Origin: Limisphaerales bacterium
GTDB lineage: Bacteria; Verrucomicrobiota; Verrucomicrobiia; Limisphaerales; JAJOIW01
Direction of reading: 5' to 3'
NCBI GenBank assembly: GCA_965657355.1
Contig: CBFHOE010000011.1
Span: 43,004-107,003, forward strand
Length of the DNA stretch: 64,000 bases
This document shows, piece by piece, positions 28,997 through 39,791 of the stretch (positions are counted from its first letter, which is position 1; each line of letters opens with the position of its first letter). The notes under the pieces were generated by a model. The model did not search any database, was not told the DNA's origin, and saw only the letters and a list, made by a program, of their open reading frames with translations. The translations under genes were made by a program, and so were the position numbers.

Positions 28997-30403
28997 TTGG
29001 ATTTTGATGTTATAATTATTGGAAGTGGAGCCGGTGGTGGATTTGCGGCCCTTAACCTAGCTGCCTCACAGAAAAAAGTTCTTCTTATTGAAAGAGGTCC
29101 TGATCCATATTCACCTAGGCCACCTCATTCAAATGTTCCATTCAAGCATATTACTGATGATAGGAAATATGATTTGAATGGATCAAAAAGTCACTTATTC
29201 ATGGGCGATGGCATTGGTGGTAGCAGCTCCATTTATGGTGCAGTCCTTCTCAGGCCTAAGCCTGAGGATTTTACGCCTGGAAAACATCTGTCGAAATACC
29301 TGCATCCAGACGATTATGAATGGCCTGTATCCTTTGAAGAATTTGTCCCTTATTTTGAGAAAATAGAAAATCACTTCAACATGGAGCCATTCCAACAAGA
29401 TAACTATGGACCTCCAGAAGATCTCGCACCCATTAATTCCGCTATTGCCAGAAATTGGAGAAAAAATGGTCACAACTCAGGTATCCTTCCTCTCGCCATT
29501 GACCGAAAAAAATGTATCAAATGTCCGGATTGCCCTGGATACGTGTGCCCGACCGAAGCGCGAGGCACTACTCGGACCGCCCTTGTAAAATACACTAAAG
29601 AAAATTCGAATCTCACAATGATGACCGATACTGTGGCTCTGTCCATCGACCACAAATCATCAACAGTGAAAATCAAATCTTTGACTGATGGAAAAGTAAA
29701 AGAATTAAAAGCAACAAAGATCATACTAAGTGCCGGAGCGATAAATTCAGCCGCCATTCTTCTTCGATCTGGATTTCAGGAACATTACCCAAGCCTGGGA
29801 TCATGCTTCATGTATCACGCCGGAGCTGTATCATTCTCGCTTTTCGGAAGAAAAACTGAAGGAGGAGAAAAATTCATAAAACAACTGGGACTTGATGATT
29901 ATTATTTTGGCACTGAGGATTTCAAGCATAAGTTAGGAATCTTTCAATCATTACCAACCCCGCGTGCGGCCACCAGGCCGGTAAGAAATCATTTATACTT
30001 GATGATGGCCACAGTAGAGGACTTACCAGTTCCAACGAATCGAGTAAAAATAGATTCTGAAGGAAAGCCAGTTGTTTTTCATAAATTTCATAAATACGAT
30101 ATCTACAGATCGACTTATTCAAAAAAACTATTGAGAAGACTCATGAAGCAAGCCGGAGCTATCGGTTCTTTTGCTGTAACGGCCCAATGGAATAAAACGC
30201 ATGTGGGCCACCAAGTAGGAACCATAAGATTCGGCCGCTCTGCTAAAACATCTGTCCTCGACAAATGGTGCCGCCCTCACGGCATGGAAAATATATATGT
30301 CTTGGATGGCGGATTTATGCCCACATCGATGGGCGCCAGCCCGGCACTGACTATCATGGCAAACGCTCTGCGTGTCTCGGACTATATAGCAAAATCTTTT
30401 TGA
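28997..30403 (+). CDS. GMC family FAD oxidoreductase
   Basis: DVIIIGSGAGG, GGSSSIYGA, CIKCPDCPGYVC, LSAGAINSA.ILLRS, HQVGT.RFG, PALTIMANALRV. Confidence 0.9.
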   Translation: MDFDVIIIGSGAGGGFAALNLAASQKKVLLIERGPDPYSPRPPHSNVPFKHITDDRKYDLNGSKSHLFMGDGIGGSSSIYGAVLLRPKPEDFTPGKHLSKYLHPDDYEWPVSFEEFVPYFEKIENHFNMEPFQQDNYGPPEDLAPINSAIARNWRKNGHNSGILPLAIDRKKCIKCPDCPGYVCPTEARGTTRTALVKYTKENSNLTMMTDTVALSIDHKSSTVKIKSLTDGKVKELKATKIILSAGAINSAAILLRSGFQEHYPSLGSCFMYHAGAVSFSLFGRKTEGGEKFIKQLGLDDYYFGTEDFKHKLGIFQSLPTPRAATRPVRNHLYLMMATVEDLPVPTNRVKIDSEGKPVVFHKFHKYDIYRSTYSKKLLRRLMKQAGAIGSFAVTAQWNKTHVGHQVGTIRFGRSAKTSVLDKWCRPHGMENIYVLDGGFMPTSMGASPALTIMANALRVSDYIAKSF

Positions 30404-30437
30404 TTGTTATCACATTAAAAAAACAAAAACACAGGAA

Positions 30438-31229
30438 ATGCAGAAAGTTATCATCACAGGAATTTCAGGAGTTCTGGGAAAGGCGTTAGCCAAAAAATAT
30501 AAATCGCTTGGATGCCATGTCATTGGCGTAACCCGCAGGACTGATTTCAGTGACCCTAATGTCGATGATATTATAGTATCGGAGCAAAGGAGTATTGAGG
30601 ATGCACAGACAATTCTTAGTCACAAGCCGGATATCCTGTTTCTGAATGCCGGACAAATAGAAAAAGAGATTGGCCCCGCCGGTGAACCATTGACTGAGAC
30701 CTCAGCATCCATGAACATTGTCAATTACTTATGGCCTTGCGATGTCACAATGGTTGCTTGCCAGCAACAATGGGAAAAGCCAATTGAAATAATAGCAATA
30801 GGTTCTATCGCTGATTGCTGCCCTTCGAGCTTTGGCCCGGTCTACCATGCAGGGAAAATCGCCATCCATTACTTCTGGACCGGTACCGGTCCTATCATTT
30901 GGTTTGGAAGTAAGCAAAAAATAAAGATGAGGCTGTATCGCCCGGGAGCCATTCAATCCGATTTAGCCTGGGCCCCTGCGAACCGACTCTCTCCAAATGG
31001 TAAAGGTATAAAGATGCGAAAAAAACGAGTAGATGGAGCACCTGATGGAGATAGGGTTGCAGAAAGAATTCATAAATGGTCACTCAAGAAAAATGCTTGG
31101 GTAGGCACGTATGATGAGCCACTATCATTTAAAGCCCTAAAGGTTCTCTTTAGCTTATTTCCAAATCTTTTCTATCGAATCCAACTTTTGGGATGGAAAA
31201 AGGAAAGTAAATTTGCCCCAGACAAATAA
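30438..31229 (+). CDS. Short-chain dehydrogenase/reductase (atypical)
   Basis: ITGISGVLG, LNAG, IGS, YHAGK (YxxxK), RPG. Confidence 0.75.
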   Translation: MQKVIITGISGVLGKALAKKYKSLGCHVIGVTRRTDFSDPNVDDIIVSEQRSIEDAQTILSHKPDILFLNAGQIEKEIGPAGEPLTETSASMNIVNYLWPCDVTMVACQQQWEKPIEIIAIGSIADCCPSSFGPVYHAGKIAIHYFWTGTGPIIWFGSKQKIKMRLYRPGAIQSDLAWAPANRLSPNGKGIKMRKKRVDGAPDGDRVAERIHKWSLKKNAWVGTYDEPLSFKALKVLFSLFPNLFYRIQLLGWKKESKFAPDK

Positions 31230-31233
31230 GCCA

Positions 31234-31773
31234 CTACGCTTTATGTCTGAAATACTCGTTGGATTTTTGGGAGTATAATACCCTGTCGGCAACAATGAGT
31301 GCCCCAATCAATAAAGGAGGTAGAATTATTTTTTCTGGATCCGAAAATTTTTCATTTATGAGATCCACAGACCAACCCGCTGCTACGGCAACCATGCTCA
31401 TATAAACGAGCAGTTTGACAAAGGCTCGGCAAAAAGCTCGTCCAAATATCAATCCCCCTCCCAGCGGTAGAAGAATAGTTCCCACCTGCGGTATTTCGCC
31501 ATGCTCAATAACCTGACTAAAGTTCCCTACCATTGCGAAGAATCCCATCAAGGTGAAGATAGCGCCTAAAGATAATAATACCTTAGGGTAAGCCCCCGGC
31601 GTTAGTTGTGTTCGTTTGACGAAAACTAATACAACTCCCAATGGCAAAAGGAAACCAGCTGGATTCCATCTAAGATCATGCCTATCGATAATAGCCATAA
31701 GCTGCCACGCACTCAACCCACCCAGGGCACAGAGTATAAGTCCAATGGTGATAATCCTTTTGGGCATTCTCAA
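31234..31773 (-). CDS. Multi-pass membrane protein, function unknown
   Basis: About six hydrophobic segments; internal repeat LLPLG. Confidence 0.7.
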   Translation of the reverse strand: MRMPKRIITIGLILCALGGLSAWQLMAIIDRHDLRWNPAGFLLPLGVVLVFVKRTQLTPGAYPKVLLSLGAIFTLMGFFAMVGNFSQVIEHGEIPQVGTILLPLGGGLIFGRAFCRAFVKLLVYMSMVAVAAGWSVDLINEKFSDPEKIILPPLLIGALIVADRVLYSQKSNEYFRHKA

Positions 31774-31794
31774 GGATTTAAAACTTTATGCATG

Positions 31795-31826
31795 AAAAAA
31801 CCAGCCGAAGAATACTTCGGCTGGTT
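31795..31826 (-). terminator. Intrinsic terminator downstream of fusA
   Basis: Stem aaccagccgaag/cttcggctggtt with a 4-nt loop; T-tract on the minus strand. Confidence 0.85.
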
Positions 31827-31851
31827 GAAATACAAACTTCGTTATCGAAAA

Positions 31852-33924
31852 TCACTTATCCTTGCGGGCAGCGATAACCTCTTCGGCGATATTGCTCGGG
31901 GTGTCGGCATAGTGCGAGAATTCCATGGAAAACTGACCGCGACCGGATGTCATGGACCTCAAATCGCCAATGTAGCCAAACATCTCACTTAGCGGGGCTT
32001 CAGCTTTGATTCTTACACCGGTAGCTCCAGCCTCCTGGGCACTTACCAAACCACGTCTTCGTGAAACGTCCCCAATCACGTCCCCGACGTGATCGTCAGG
32101 AGTGAATACATCGAGTTTCATAATAGGCTCAAGAATCTTAGGCCCAGCTTTGGGTATAGATTGACGATACGCCGCTTTGGCTGCTAATTCAAAAGCCACT
32201 GCCGATGAATCAACCGCATGAAAGGCTCCATCGTAAAGAGTCACCTTAAGATCCATCAGGGGATACTTAGCCAAAACTCCAAATGCTGAGGAATTTTTGA
32301 AGCCTTTCTCGACAGCAGGCCAAAATTCCTTAGGAACGTTTCCTCCAACAACTTTGGATTCGAAAGAGAATCCAGAACCGGCTTCACCTGGTTCGATGAT
32401 ATAATCGATTTTACCGAATTGACCAGAGCCACCAGATTGTTTTTTGTGGGTGTAAGAGTCTTCGATTCTCTGGGAAACCGCCTCACGATAGGCTACCTGA
32501 GGTTTACCCACTTCCACTTCTACACCGTGGGTTCTTTTGAGGATGTCGACTTTAATATCAAGATGGAGTTCCCCCATTCCCTTGAGGATTGTTTCCCCGC
32601 TCTCTTCGTCTGTTTCAACTCGGAATGAAGGATCCTCTGCGATCATTTTCCCAAGGGCGTTCGCCAATTTATCAACTTGTCCCTTTTCTTTAGGAGCAAT
32701 CGCAATCGAAATAACAGGGTCAGGAAATACCATTGGTTCCAAGGTCGCAGGATCACTAGGATCTGCGAGAGTGTGCCCGGTCTGGGTATTCTTCATGCCC
32801 AAAAGAGCAACAATATCACCTGCTGATGCCTCATCTAATTCTTCACGATCATCAGCGTGCATGAGAACGATTCGACTTATCCTTTCTTCCTTTCCTGTGT
32901 AAGTATTAAGAATGTTCTGCCCTTTCCTCATCTTGCCGGAGTAGACACGCACGAATGTTAAAGCGCCATATCTGTCATCCATGATTTTGAATGCTAGTGA
33001 GCGAAGTGGTCGGTCAGGATCCACAATAGCTTTTTCACCGGTTTCATTACCTTCTAGGTCGACCTCCGGCTGAGGATTCACATCTTTAGGATTAGGAAGA
33101 AAATCAACAACGGCATCAAGCACTAGCTGGACGCCTTTATTTTTGAACGAAGAACCACAATAGGCAGGAAAGAAATCGAGATTGATAGTCCCCTTGCGAA
33201 TGCATTTTTTGATGGTGTCGATATCAGGCTCATTCCCTTCAAGATACTCCATCATGACCTCTTCATCTGTCTCAACCGCGGTCTCGATCAGCAACGAACG
33301 ATATTCCTCTACCTTATCTTTCATGTCATCAGGAACATCTTCGATGGTGTAATTTTCAGGTTGACCAGAATCATCCCAGACCCATGCTTTTCGAGTCAGC
33401 AGATCAACAACCCCTTTAAAAGTATCCTGTTCACCGATCGGCAGCACCATGATCAGAGGCTTCGCAGCTAGGATGTTTTTGGTTTGATCTATAACCCTGT
33501 AAAAATCTGCGCCTACTCTGTCGAGCTTGTTCACATAGATTATGCGCGCGACTCCCGACTCGTTCGCATAACGCCAGTTGGTTTCAGATTGTGGTTCAAC
33601 ACCGCCAGAGCCGCAGAAAACACCAACACCACCATCTAAAACTTTTAGCGAACGATAAACCTCAATGGTAAAATCAACGTGTCCGGGGGTATCGATAATG
33701 TTTAATCGGTGGTCTCTCCAAAAGCAAGTCGTCGCAGCTGACTGAATGGTAATACCACGCTCCTGTTCCTGTTCCATGAAGTCAGTGGTTGCTTCACCAT
33801 CATGAACTTCACCTTGCTTGTGAATCTTGCCTGTGAGTTTAAGTATGCGCTCCGTGGTTGTGGTCTTTCCAGCATCCACGTGGGCAAAGATACCGATATT
33901 TCTGTATCGGGATAAGTCTATCAT
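31852..33924 (-). CDS. fusA: Elongation factor G (stand-alone copy)
   Basis: [66 protein letters not shown]. Confidence 0.97.
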   Translation of the reverse strand: MIDLSRYRNIGIFAHVDAGKTTTTERILKLTGKIHKQGEVHDGEATTDFMEQEQERGITIQSAATTCFWRDHRLNIIDTPGHVDFTIEVYRSLKVLDGGVGVFCGSGGVEPQSETNWRYANESGVARIIYVNKLDRVGADFYRVIDQTKNILAAKPLIMVLPIGEQDTFKGVVDLLTRKAWVWDDSGQPENYTIEDVPDDMKDKVEEYRSLLIETAVETDEEVMMEYLEGNEPDIDTIKKCIRKGTINLDFFPAYCGSSFKNKGVQLVLDAVVDFLPNPKDVNPQPEVDLEGNETGEKAIVDPDRPLRSLAFKIMDDRYGALTFVRVYSGKMRKGQNILNTYTGKEERISRIVLMHADDREELDEASAGDIVALLGMKNTQTGHTLADPSDPATLEPMVFPDPVISIAIAPKEKGQVDKLANALGKMIAEDPSFRVETDEESGETILKGMGELHLDIKVDILKRTHGVEVEVGKPQVAYREAVSQRIEDSYTHKKQSGGSGQFGKIDYIIEPGEAGSGFSFESKVVGGNVPKEFWPAVEKGFKNSSAFGVLAKYPLMDLKVTLYDGAFHAVDSSAVAFELAAKAAYRQSIPKAGPKILEPIMKLDVFTPDDHVGDVIGDVSRRRGLVSAQEAGATGVRIKAEAPLSEMFGYIGDLRSMTSGRGQFSMEFSHYADTPSNIAEEVIAARKDK

Positions 33925-34145
33925 TTTTTGCTTAATTTTCTGATCTCGGCGAAACCGTTTCGCTCGGACAAATATTGCTAGTCAAAGATTGTATTTTGGC
34001 AACATCAGATTCACGTTTTTTTGATAGTTTTTTGGATTTTTTTCATATTTCGGTCAAGACAAGCCACAAAAGAGACATCTTGACACACTTTGCCTCAAAA
34101 ATTTTGGAGACGACTTGTTTTCGACCTATTTCGTAGCGCAAGGTA

Positions 34146-34802
34146 TTGGAAGTGAAAATTCTGGAAATTATTCGATCTAGGAAAACAGAAAAAGTTTTGG
34201 CGGATCCTGAGAATCCATGGCCAGTAGTTCAAAATTCAGCCATTCCCATCGATGCTATTCTTGAAGCTGGCAGGTGGGCTCCATTTCATTATCCATCACA
34301 CAAACAACATCGCGGGCACAGTGATGATATCTTGCCATGGCATGCTTACACGCTGGACTCGCAGGCATGCAGGATTTTGTTAAAAAAACTCATGGATTCT
34401 GGATTGGACGGAGGAAAAATCTTTGGCCTTCTGGCAGCGGCTGAATTCACAATTTTAGTTACGTGGAAGCCGAACCCTGAATTAAATAAAGATTCCGTCG
34501 ATGAATATTATCCATCTTTGGAAAACATGGAGCATATAGCCGCGGCTTCCGCAGCTATACAGAACATGCTCCTCCAAGCTACCGAGGCATCAGCACCAAA
34601 TTACTGGTCCAGTGGAGGCATTCTTCGAGAGTCCCTGGCCAGAGACCTTGTGGGGATCCCTTGTGGACAAATTCTTCTCGGAGCTCTTTTTCTTTTTCCC
34701 AAAAAAGAACTTTTTCCCACCCCACCGGTTAAGATTGTTCCTGGTAAGTTGAGACACAGTCGACCAAAAGAGAATATTTGGACAACTTCAGTTTCGTTAT
34801 AA
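34146..34802 (+). CDS. Nitroreductase family protein
   Basis: IRSRKTEK, ILEAGRWAP.H, EHIAAASAAIQNMLL.AT, YWSSGG. Confidence 0.85.
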   Translation: MEVKILEIIRSRKTEKVLADPENPWPVVQNSAIPIDAILEAGRWAPFHYPSHKQHRGHSDDILPWHAYTLDSQACRILLKKLMDSGLDGGKIFGLLAAAEFTILVTWKPNPELNKDSVDEYYPSLENMEHIAAASAAIQNMLLQATEASAPNYWSSGGILRESLARDLVGIPCGQILLGALFLFPKKELFPTPPVKIVPGKLRHSRPKENIWTTSVSL

Positions 34803-34927
34803 TGTCACAAATTAAAATTATATTCACAAAATAAGACAAATCTACTTTTCGCCAGGTTTTCAGCGTATTCAAATGCTTTGACTTTTGCGGTAATTTTGCC
34901 GAATTTAATGAAGTAACCCACATTCCT

Positions 34928-36298
34928 ATGCTCACAATCCCTGGAGAAAGCCACAAATTCTGCGATGGCCATACTCGTAGAAACTTCTTAAAAATCGGTT
35001 CCCTTGGACTTGGAGGGTTGTCATTACCCCAAATTTTGGAGGCTCAGGAAAATTCGAAGAACAAGGAATCAAAGATTAATAACACAAATTCGATTCCTAA
35101 GGAGAAGTCCGTAATCATGATTTTCTTGCCGGGAGGCCCCCCGCATCAAGACATGTGGGACTTAAAAATGGACGCTCCATCTGAGATTCGGGGAGAGTTT
35201 ACCCCCATCAATACCAACGTGCCCGGGATCCAAATTTGCGAGCTTTTTCCAAGACTGGCAAAGCGAATGGATAAACTATCGATTATCCGGTCCATTGTCG
35301 GGGCCAATGGAGCACACGATGCCTTTCAGTGCATGACTGGAAGAGACCTTCGAAACCAACCTACAGGTGGTTGGCCGTCGATGGGATCCGTATTGTCAAA
35401 ACTGGGTAGAGCCGTTCAACCAGACATCCCTCCTTTTATCGGGCTGGCCCCTAAAATGGGTGAAATGCGCTGGGCCGACCCGGGCAAACCAGGATTCTTG
35501 GGACCTTCCCACGCTCCTTTCCAGCCAAATGGATTTGGAAAAGAAGACATGGTATTGAACGGGATTAGCTTGGCAAGGCTCAGAGACAGAGAGAACTTGC
35601 TTAAATCATTTGATAATTTCAGAAGATCTGCAGATCAATCTGGACTTATGGATGGACTCGATACTTTTAATAAACAGGCATTTGGAGTACTCACGTCTAG
35701 CCGCTTGGCTAAAGCACTAGATGTTGAAAAAGCGGATCAAAACTTACGAAATCGATACGGCCGTGGATCATCGAAAAACCAGGCTGATGGTGGTCCAAAA
35801 CTTTTGGATCAATTCCTAATAGCACGTCGACTCGTTGAGGCGGGCGCACGATGCGTTACTTTAGCGTTCAGTCGTTGGGACTGGCACGGTGGGAATTTTA
35901 AAAGAGCCAGAGAAGACATGCCTATGCTTGATCAAGGGGTCTCAGCCCTTATAGATGATATCTATTCTCGAGGTATGGAAAAAGATGTTTCAGTCATCGT
36001 ATGGGGTGAATTCGGCAGAACCCCAAAAATTAATAAAGATGCAGGACGTGACCACTGGCCACGCGTATCTTGTGCGATGATGTTCGGTGGAGGAATAAAA
36101 ACAGGACAAGTGATTGGGGCCACCGATAGACTGGGAGGAGAGGCAATAGAAAGGCCAGTTACATTTGGCGAAGTCTTTGCCACTTTGTATCACAATCTGG
36201 GTATTGATGTTAACAAATTCACGGTCCCAGACCTTACGGGGCGCCCTCAATATCTTGTGGATCCGGGATCACAACCCATGAAAGAATTAATCGGATAA
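34928..36298 (+). CDS. DUF1501 domain protein (Tat-exported)
   Basis: TRRNFLKIG Tat motif, [42 protein letters not shown]. Confidence 0.92.
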   Translation: MLTIPGESHKFCDGHTRRNFLKIGSLGLGGLSLPQILEAQENSKNKESKINNTNSIPKEKSVIMIFLPGGPPHQDMWDLKMDAPSEIRGEFTPINTNVPGIQICELFPRLAKRMDKLSIIRSIVGANGAHDAFQCMTGRDLRNQPTGGWPSMGSVLSKLGRAVQPDIPPFIGLAPKMGEMRWADPGKPGFLGPSHAPFQPNGFGKEDMVLNGISLARLRDRENLLKSFDNFRRSADQSGLMDGLDTFNKQAFGVLTSSRLAKALDVEKADQNLRNRYGRGSSKNQADGGPKLLDQFLIARRLVEAGARCVTLAFSRWDWHGGNFKRAREDMPMLDQGVSALIDDIYSRGMEKDVSVIVWGEFGRTPKINKDAGRDHWPRVSCAMMFGGGIKTGQVIGATDRLGGEAIERPVTFGEVFATLYHNLGIDVNKFTVPDLTGRPQYLVDPGSQPMKELIG

Positions 36299-36343
36299 CT
36301 GACTAAGATATTTTCAAAAAAACACCGCATATCAATAAATCTC

Positions 36344-38932
36344 ATGTTCAAAAGGCTTACAGGAAATCTATCTTACTTCTTACTCTTATTCATGGTTACC
36401 TTGAATCTTCACGGGAATCCGGTAGAACCTACAGCTCTCGCAAAAACGTCAGACTCAGTTAATTGGAATAAAGTTGATGAAGTTAGTGTTCTTTCTCCTA
36501 GCCTCTATGGGTATAGGGCAATCGAAAATATAAAATTGATCGGATCTGATGCGAGGCAGCAGCTAATTATCGAGGCATTCCATCAAAGCGGTCGTCCCAG
36601 AGATATTTCCAGAGATGTTTTTTTGAAGCTAAGCCCAAAAGGAATCGTTGAAATTGACGACACCGGAAGACTGTCCCCTGTTTCAGACGGTAAAACAACT
36701 TTATCTGTTGTCTCGCCAGATGGAAAAATTCTCAAAACATTAGATATTAAAGTTGAAAAGGCAGGCACTACCCGACCTGTTAATTTCGTTGAAGAAGTTG
36801 TACCCATATTTACAAAATTAGGGTGCAATGGAGGAGGATGCCATGGAAAGTCCGGTGGGCAAAATGGCTTTCGCCTCTCCCTACTCGGTTTTGAGCCAAC
36901 TGAAGACTTCGAGTGGCTTGTTAAAGAATCTCGATCCAGAAGAATTATCCCTGCGGCTCCTGAATACAGTCTCCTTCTCACAAAAGCAACTGGTGAAGTT
37001 CCGCATGGTGGTGGTAAAAGGCTTGATAAAGGATCTGAAGATTATGAGCTTCTTCTGCGCTGGATTCGTCAAGGTATGAATTACAGCAAACAAGATGACC
37101 CCGTTATTACAGGAATAGAAGTTTTTCCAAAGAGACGAATTATGCAGAGGCAAAAAGGCCAGCAACTTGTTGTCGTCGCAAATTATTCTGATGGCTCAAC
37201 CAAAGACGTTACGAGAAGCGCGCTTTACGAGGCGAATGTTGATGAAATGGCAAAAATCGATGAAGATGGTTTTGTAAAAGTAGGAAACCAGCCAGGAGAC
37301 GTTGCTGTAATGATAAGGTTCCAAGGCAAAGTGGATGTCTTTAGAGCCATGATCCCTGTGGGTGCACCTGTTTCTGAATTCCCAAAGCCGAGCAACTTTA
37401 TTGATGAGCTTGTTTTTTCTAAGTTAGCTGAGATGGGATTGCCCACTTCCGACTTGGTTGATGACAACACTTTCTTGCGCCGGGTCACATTGGATATTGC
37501 TGGACGCATGCCAACAAAAGAAGAACTTAACGCGTTTGTGGAATCCAATTCACCGGATAAAAGAAAGGCATGTATTGAGCGTTTATTAGATTCAGAGGAC
37601 TACGCTGCTTTTTTCGCCAATAAGTGGTCAGCTCTACTGAGAAATAAACGATCAAACCCACGAAATAAGCGCGGAAACTTTGCGTTTCATCAGTGGATAC
37701 TAGACAGCTTTCACAAAAATAAGCCGTACGATCAATTCGTGTCAGAAATAATTACTGCGCAAGGCGAAGTTCAATCAAACCCGCCCACAGCATGGTATGC
37801 TCAAGTAGACCAGACCACTGAGATGCTTGAAGACACTGCACAATTGTTTTTGGGTACGCGTATTCAGTGCGCACAGTGCCATCATCATCCATTCGAAAGG
37901 TGGAGCCAAAAAGATTATTACCAATTTTCAGCTTTTTTTAGCAGGGTGAAAAAAAAGAAGGGATTCATACCTGGCGAAGACTTTCTCTATCATCAGCCGG
38001 GTAATGCCTCAGCAGTCAATAAAAAGACCGGTAAAAAAGTTTTTCCAGCTGCCCTGGGATCTCCAACTGTCGAAATAGAGCCTGAAACCGATCCTCGAAT
38101 CTACCTGGCTGAATGGATGAAAGATCCCGAAAACCCATTCTTTGCCCAAACGCTCGTCAACCGGTATTGGAAACATTTTTTTGGTCGCGGATTAGTCGAG
38201 CCAGAAGATGATATCAGGGCCACAAACCCTCCTACAAACCCTGACTTGATGAATGGTCTAGCCGAATATTTTATGTCGACAGGATTCGACCTAAAAAAGT
38301 TGATCTCAGCAATCTGTAATTCCAAAACCTACCAGTTGTCTTCAACACCGAATAACTGGAACCGAAAGGACCAACAGCATTTTTCAAGATCTTATCCCAA
38401 AAGGTTACCGGCGGAGGTTCTCTACGATTCCATACACGATTTAACTGATGCACCGTCAGGCTTCGGAGGATTACCAACCAATTACAGGGCAGTTTATCTT
38501 CCTGATGACTCCTACAATAAATCGTCTTATTTCTTAACTGTATTTGGCAGACCTGATAGCGACTCCGCTTGCGAATGTGAAAGAACTGCAGATGCTAGCC
38601 TTGCCCAAAGCCTCCACCTGATCAATTCCAAAGAACTACAAAATAAGCTTTCACTAGAGGATGGGTTTGCTGCCCAATTGGCAAAACGGGCAGGATCTAA
38701 AGATCCTCAAAATGTATCAGCGATATACCAAAAGGCATTCTCTAGGGAACCCAGTACTAATGAATCGCAAGTCGCACTCCTTTATCTCGAAAAGAAAAGC
38801 CAATTATCTGAAGAGGAAATTAAATTAGAGGACGAAGAGAGGAAAACTGTTCTTCTTAAGAAAAGACGCGAGGCATTTGAAGATATAATTTGGGCACTAA
38901 TAAATACCAAAGAATTTTTGTTCAACCATTGA
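36344..38932 (+). CDS. DUF1549/DUF1553 (PSCyt2/PSD1) protein with Ig-like (BIG2) domains
   Basis: CNGGGCHG, NFIDELVF.KL, FLRRVTLDI.GR.PT, CAQCHHHPFERW, VNRYWKHFFGRGLV.P.DD, CECER, WALINTKEFLFNH. Confidence 0.92.
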   Translation: MFKRLTGNLSYFLLLFMVTLNLHGNPVEPTALAKTSDSVNWNKVDEVSVLSPSLYGYRAIENIKLIGSDARQQLIIEAFHQSGRPRDISRDVFLKLSPKGIVEIDDTGRLSPVSDGKTTLSVVSPDGKILKTLDIKVEKAGTTRPVNFVEEVVPIFTKLGCNGGGCHGKSGGQNGFRLSLLGFEPTEDFEWLVKESRSRRIIPAAPEYSLLLTKATGEVPHGGGKRLDKGSEDYELLLRWIRQGMNYSKQDDPVITGIEVFPKRRIMQRQKGQQLVVVANYSDGSTKDVTRSALYEANVDEMAKIDEDGFVKVGNQPGDVAVMIRFQGKVDVFRAMIPVGAPVSEFPKPSNFIDELVFSKLAEMGLPTSDLVDDNTFLRRVTLDIAGRMPTKEELNAFVESNSPDKRKACIERLLDSEDYAAFFANKWSALLRNKRSNPRNKRGNFAFHQWILDSFHKNKPYDQFVSEIITAQGEVQSNPPTAWYAQVDQTTEMLEDTAQLFLGTRIQCAQCHHHPFERWSQKDYYQFSAFFSRVKKKKGFIPGEDFLYHQPGNASAVNKKTGKKVFPAALGSPTVEIEPETDPRIYLAEWMKDPENPFFAQTLVNRYWKHFFGRGLVEPEDDIRATNPPTNPDLMNGLAEYFMSTGFDLKKLISAICNSKTYQLSSTPNNWNRKDQQHFSRSYPKRLPAEVLYDSIHDLTDAPSGFGGLPTNYRAVYLPDDSYNKSSYFLTVFGRPDSDSACECERTADASLAQSLHLINSKELQNKLSLEDGFAAQLAKRAGSKDPQNVSAIYQKAFSREPSTNESQVALLYLEKKSQLSEEEIKLEDEERKTVLLKKRREAFEDIIWALINTKEFLFNH

Positions 38933-38969
38933 GTTGGGTTGGGCATGAGACTATTTTACTCGTTTATCT

Positions 38970-39695
38970 ATGATCAAAAGACTTACGACAATAATCGGAT
39001 TGGTGGCATTCTGTGCCATTGGTGTTATTCAAAACCTGCATGCGGCGGACGACGAAAAAACAAAAGAGCCAAAAATTATTAATCCGGGCTCTTGGAGAAA
39101 TGCCCCCTCAGATGCTATTGTTTTATTCGACGGGTCAGACCTGGATAGTTTTGTAACGAAATCAGGAAAGCCTGCGCCTTGGAAGCTAGTTGAAGGCGAT
39201 TCCGTTGAAGTTGTCCGTGGCGAAGGTGGTATTTTTACCAAAAAAGAGTTTGGTAGTTTTCAACTGCATGTCGAATGGGCAACACCTGAAAATATCAAGG
39301 GAAAGGGCCAAGGCAGAGGAAACTCAGGCGTATACTTGCATGGACGCTATGAAGTGCAAGTTTTGGATTCCTATGAGAATAGCACCTACCCTGACGGTCA
39401 AGCTGGTGCCGTTTATGGAATCGCGCCGCCTCTTGTGAATGCCTCGAGAGGCCCAGGAAAATGGCAGTCCTATGATATAATTTTTACAGCTCCAAAAAAA
39501 GATGCATCGGGCAACATCACAAACGCCCGTGTAACAGTTCTTCACAACGGTGTCCTTATACAAAACAATTTGGAAATACCTCGACCAACCGCGGCTTCAC
39601 CACTAAGGGGCTTTACAGAAAAAGGACCAGTCTACCTCCAAGATCACTCAAATCCTGTTAAATACAGAAATATCTGGATTAGAGAATTAAAGTAA
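38970..39695 (+). CDS. Secreted DUF1080 (3-keto-disaccharide hydrolase family) protein
   Basis: PSDAIVLFDG, GQGRGNSGVY, YEVQVLDSY, WQSYDIIF.AP, LQDH..PV.YRNIWIREL. Confidence 0.92.
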   Translation: MIKRLTTIIGLVAFCAIGVIQNLHAADDEKTKEPKIINPGSWRNAPSDAIVLFDGSDLDSFVTKSGKPAPWKLVEGDSVEVVRGEGGIFTKKEFGSFQLHVEWATPENIKGKGQGRGNSGVYLHGRYEVQVLDSYENSTYPDGQAGAVYGIAPPLVNASRGPGKWQSYDIIFTAPKKDASGNITNARVTVLHNGVLIQNNLEIPRPTAASPLRGFTEKGPVYLQDHSNPVKYRNIWIRELK

Positions 39696-39724
39696 TTGGA
39701 ACAAACTTATTACAACGAACCAAA

Positions 39725-39752
39725 AAGGCCGTGAAATTAATTTCACGGCCTT
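39725..39752. terminator. Perfect 28-bp palindrome, probable bidirectional terminator
   Basis: aaggccgtgaaatt|aatttcacggcctt between convergent genes, flanked by A and T tracts. Confidence 0.75.
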
Positions 39753-39791
39753 AATTTTTCGTAAAAGATTAGTATCTACAAATTTTTCTTC

